Source: an uncultured Planctomycetia bacterium
GTDB lineage: Bacteria > Planctomycetota > UBA8108
Direction: 5' to 3'
NCBI GenBank assembly: GCA_964392615.1
Contig: CAYMRB010000002.1
Coordinates: 4,243-68,242 of the forward strand
DNA: 64,000 bases
Part shown: positions 61,188-64,000 of the stretch, in pieces
How the letters are laid out: the number at the start of each line of letters is the position of its first letter
Position numbering within the stretch: the first letter of the stretch is position 1
The notes under the pieces: model-generated
Databases searched by the model: none
What the model was told of the DNA's origin: nothing
The model's input: only the letters and a program-made list of their open reading frames with translations
Position numbers and translations under genes: made by a program

Positions 61188-62645
61188 TCAGTCGAAGAGC
61201 TCGCGCACCTCGATGTTGCGGTACTCGACGCGCGTGCCCTTGTGGTGCAGCTGGTACGCGAAGAGGCCTGCGTCGCTTCGGCCGCCGCTCGCCTCGCGAA
61301 TTCGATCGCGGATGACCTTGCCGTTGAGCTTGATCACGATGTGATCGCCGACCGCGATCACGTGCTGCGTGATCCAGATCGGCTCCTTCGCCGTGTCGAC
61401 GCCGAGGAACTCGTTGAGCTCCTTCTCGTTCACAGCGGGATCACCCGGGTAGAGCGTGCCGGTCTTCTTGCCGTCGCCCGGGCCGACCTTGACCTGCGCC
61501 TCATCGCCGTTCGGCCAGTTCTTCCACTCCTTGCGGTCGCCTCGCGGAAGCAGGTTCTTCTCGCGAGCGCAGCGGAAGTACATGCCGCTGTTGCCGCCGG
61601 GATTGAGGCGCACGTCGGCGCGGTACTCGAAGTTCTTGTACGGGCGTTTGATGTGGTAGATGTGGCTCGAGCCGGGGCCGGGCTTCCCCTTCGGCCAGTA
61701 GCCCTGCAGGATGCCGCCGGGTTGCACGGTCCAGTGCTGGCGCGTCTGTTCGGGGTTGTCGGTCGTCTCCCACTCCTCGCCCCATTTGAGCGTCTTGCCG
61801 TCGAAGATGCGCTGCCACGGCCCGGCCTTCTTCGCGTGGCCGTGTTGCACGTAGGCCTTCGCCTTGCCGAGCGCCCAGCGGATGCCGCCGAGGAGGTGCG
61901 TCTGGTAGACCGGGTTGGTCCAGACGTCGGGACGGTGCCCGAGCGACGTGAAGAACACTCGTCCCTTGCCGTGCATCTTGCACCACGCGATCGCGACGTC
62001 GGTGTCCGGGGGAAGATTCTTCGCCTTCAGTGACACCTCGTTCAGGCTGAGGATCACGTGGATGCGATCGCGCGAGTAGTTCTTGTACCAGTAGATCTCG
62101 TCCTGGATCTTCCACTGCGTGTCGAGGTGGACGGCCGACGGGTGGGACGGGTCTTCCACGTCGATCGTCACCGGAGGGCTGCCGGCGCCCCACGGGTGGC
62201 CCTTGAACGAGCCGCCGATCATCTTCCAGTAGGGTTCCCAGTTCTTGTACGTGTCGGTCGCGGCATGGGTGCCAATGAAGGCGCCACCCTTCTCGACGAA
62301 CTCGATCAGCGCGGCGCGGCCCGCCTCGTCGAGCGGGAACTTGCCGAGATCGCCGGTCGTGTTGTTGAAGAAGATCGCGTCGTAGGCGGCGAGCCCCTCG
62401 CGCGTGACCTTCTCGGTGGTCTCGGTGATGTCGATGTCGAAGAGACCGGACTCCGCGGCCATCTTCGGCAGCACCTTCTTCGACGCGTTGATCCCGCCGC
62501 CGTGGCGGAATCCGGCCGTCGTGGTGAGGCAGAGGATACGCGGTTTCTTGTCCCCGTCCGCGGCGACGATCGCTCGCGACGCGAGGCCGGCGACGATGCA
62601 GACGACAGTGACGAGCAGGGCACGACGACTCGTGATGGGCATCAT
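61188..62645 (-). CDS. ThuA-like (class I glutamine-amidotransferase-like) domain fused to a DUF1080 domain
   Basis: N-terminal half: [13 protein letters not shown] ... FKGHPWG ... DEIYWYKNY ... FFTSLGHR (ThuA pattern). C-terminal half: [13 protein letters not shown] ... [12 protein letters not shown] ... [11 protein letters not shown] (DUF1080 pattern). Confidence 0.75.
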   Translation of the reverse strand: MMPITSRRALLVTVVCIVAGLASRAIVAADGDKKPRILCLTTTAGFRHGGGINASKKVLPKMAAESGLFDIDITETTEKVTREGLAAYDAIFFNNTTGDLGKFPLDEAGRAALIEFVEKGGAFIGTHAATDTYKNWEPYWKMIGGSFKGHPWGAGSPPVTIDVEDPSHPSAVHLDTQWKIQDEIYWYKNYSRDRIHVILSLNEVSLKAKNLPPDTDVAIAWCKMHGKGRVFFTSLGHRPDVWTNPVYQTHLLGGIRWALGKAKAYVQHGHAKKAGPWQRIFDGKTLKWGEEWETTDNPEQTRQHWTVQPGGILQGYWPKGKPGPGSSHIYHIKRPYKNFEYRADVRLNPGGNSGMYFRCAREKNLLPRGDRKEWKNWPNGDEAQVKVGPGDGKKTGTLYPGDPAVNEKELNEFLGVDTAKEPIWITQHVIAVGDHIVIKLNGKVIRDRIREASGGRSDAGLFAYQLHHKGTRVEYRNIEVRELFD

Positions 62646-62925
62646 TCTCTCCCGCTGAGCTTCAAGGTGGGACCCCGCTCATGCTGTCACGCCGACGGTG
62701 CCGCGACAGGAGCGGATCCGAGGCCCCTCATCGTAGCCGAGCCGAAGCGCGTTCTCCGCGCCGTTTTGCCCGGTCGCGGAGACCTCGCTCCGTCCCTTTC
62801 ACCCCGCGGTGGCAAGAACCTGTTGGCGAAGCCGCCGGTCGTGCCGTCATCTCTTGCGAGTAGTGATCCGTTCGATGGCGAGCGGATGCGGACTCTCTGC
62901 AAGGACCCTGACGGCGCACGCAGGA

Positions 62926-64000
62926 ATGGCTTCCGATACGAGCCTTCTCGATCGCTGGATCGAACGGCGGGACGCGCACGCTTTTCGCGAGATCGTCGTG
63001 CGCTACGCCGCGCTCGTTCACGGGGCGTGTCTGCGCGTCCTGCGCAACGACGCCGATGCCCAGGACGCGGCGCAGATCTGCTTCATCAAGCTCGCGCGCG
63101 CCGACGAGGCTCCCACGCGATCTCTGGGCGGTTGGCTGCACGCGATGGCCGTGCGCGCGTCGATCGACCTGAAGCGCGCACGGGAGCGGCGGTCGGAGCG
63201 CGAACGACGGTATGCGACGGCACGCCGGTCCGCGGGTGACGAGCCGAGCTGGGACGAGGTTCAGTCCGATGTCGACGTGGCGATCGCCGAGCTGCCCGAG
63301 TCGCTGCGGCGGCCGATCGTCGACCACTTCCTCCGCGGTCGCACGCACGACGCGATCGCCGCCGAGCTCGGCGTGTCGCGCCAGACCGTCACGCACCGCA
63401 TCGGCAAGGGGGTCGAGCAGATCCGTCGCCTCTTGCGCCGTCGCGGCTGGCGCGCGGGCATACCGCTTCTGGTGGCGTCGCTGCCGTCCCTCGCGGAGGC
63501 CGCAGCACCGCCCCAGCTGACCGCCGCGTTGGGGCGCCTCGCGTTGTCGGGTGTCGCTCCGGCCGCGTCCGCCTCGGCCGCCCCGGGCGCCGCGCATCTG
63601 TCCGCGAAGATCGGAGTGTTCCTGATGACGAAGAAGCTCGTCGTGAGCGCCGGGATCGCCGTCCTGGTCGTGCTCGGCATCTGGTTCGGTTTGGGGAAGG
63701 GGCTCTTCGTCGATGAGCCTCACGGTCCGGGCGAGCGCGAGACAGCCAGCGTCCACGGCGAGCGCGACGAAGTTCCCGCCGCAACGCGCACGGCAACGGA
63801 GCACCGCGCGGCGACGTCGAAGGACGGCGCAGACGTCGGCGAAGGGACGACGACCGGCACGGCCGCCGTCGCAGACAGCGTGCGTGGGCTCGTCGTCGAC
63901 GCGAGCGGGTCTCCAGCTGCGCGGTGCCGCGTCGCGTGGGCTCGTATTCGCGGCAAGGAACGCGGGGTCGAGATCGTCGAGGAGACGAGGGCCGACGAGA
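62926..64000 (+). CDS. ECF (sigma-70 family) sigma factor fused to a transmembrane segment and an extracytoplasmic extension; the 3' end runs off the window
   Basis: Absent from the ORF track because it is open at the window edge. Hand translation from the ATG at 62926 gives region 2 (LLDRWIERRDAHAFREIVVRYAALVHGACLRVLRNDADAQDAAQICFIKL) and region 4 (LPESLRRPIVDHFLRGRTHDAIAAELGVSRQTVTHRIGKGVEQIRRLL). A TM helix follows (LVVSAGIAVLVVLGIWFGLG), then an extension containing VRGLVVDASGSPAA. There is no stop codon before nt 64000. Confidence 0.75.
   Translation, partial: MASDTSLLDRWIERRDAHAFREIVVRYAALVHGACLRVLRNDADAQDAAQICFIKLARADEAPTRSLGGWLHAMAVRASIDLKRARERRSERERRYATARRSAGDEPSWDEVQSDVDVAIAELPESLRRPIVDHFLRGRTHDAIAAELGVSRQTVTHRIGKGVEQIRRLLRRRGWRAGIPLLVASLPSLAEAAAPPQLTAALGRLALSGVAPAASASAAPGAAHLSAKIGVFLMTKKLVVSAGIAVLVVLGIWFGLGKGLFVDEPHGPGERETASVHGERDEVPAATRTATEHRAATSKDGADVGEGTTTGTAAVADSVRGLVVDASGSPAARCRVAWARIRGKERGVEIVEETRADE

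Noticed and set aside
62816-62842. GAAC ... TCGT upstream of the ECF sigma gene, considered as an autoregulated ECF-type promoter.
   Set aside because: The spacer between the AAC and CGT elements is about 20 nt, whereas typical ECF promoters have about 16-17 nt. This is likely a chance occurrence in GC-rich sequence.
1-64000. A search for tRNA, rRNA, CRISPR arrays, IS elements or transposases, integrases, toxin-antitoxin or known defence-system genes.
   Set aside because: I saw no cloverleaf-like or rRNA-like conserved stretches, no short direct-repeat/spacer arrays, no terminal inverted repeats flanking a transposase-like ORF and no recognisable defence-gene motifs. The intergenic space is small (the largest gaps are about 220-360 bp).

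Overview
This is a GC-rich bacterial segment (about two-thirds G+C by eye). The gene content resembles Planctomycetota/Verrucomicrobiota-type glycan degraders: Cys-type sulfatases, DUF1080/ThuA proteins, a Tat-exported TIM-barrel isomerase, PSCyt-like CxxCH proteins and dockerin-like tails. All calls come from reading the six-frame translations and recognising motifs by eye; no searches were run. I support 37 CDS. Two of them run off the window edges and are missing from the ORF track: 1-2789 (-) and 62926-64000 (+). I found no rRNA, tRNA, CRISPR array or transposase. Many track ORFs are Arg/Ala/Gly-rich antisense or wrong-frame artefacts of the high GC content. Several real genes carry spurious N-terminal extensions in the track, and I trimmed those.

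Layout:
- 1-21 kb: two paralogous beta-propeller/CxxCH proteins flank a GH10 gene, an orphan sugar-catabolic operon and a ribose-type ABC transporter.
- 23.3-60.3 kb: a three-operon sialoglycan-utilisation supercluster. It contains a sulfatase-sialidase fusion, a NanM-SSS transporter fusion, a sulfatase-sialate-O-acetylesterase fusion, a tandem double GH33 sialidase, a multi-esterase, GlcNAc 2-epimerase, nanA and two GntR-type regulators.
- 46.6-59.2 kb, embedded in that cluster: three consecutive giant secreted proteins built from nine copies of a ~200-aa module I cannot assign to any named family. The copies are interleaved with FN3 domains, and one copy is inserted inside the lamin-tail domain of a CotH-family protein.

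Five secreted proteins across the window end in the same double EF-hand dockerin-like, Cys-rich tail. The repeat-module proteins together with this shared tail are the best candidate for an undescribed system, namely a multivalent surface glycan-binding or assembly apparatus tied to sulfated, O-acetylated sialoglycan degradation.
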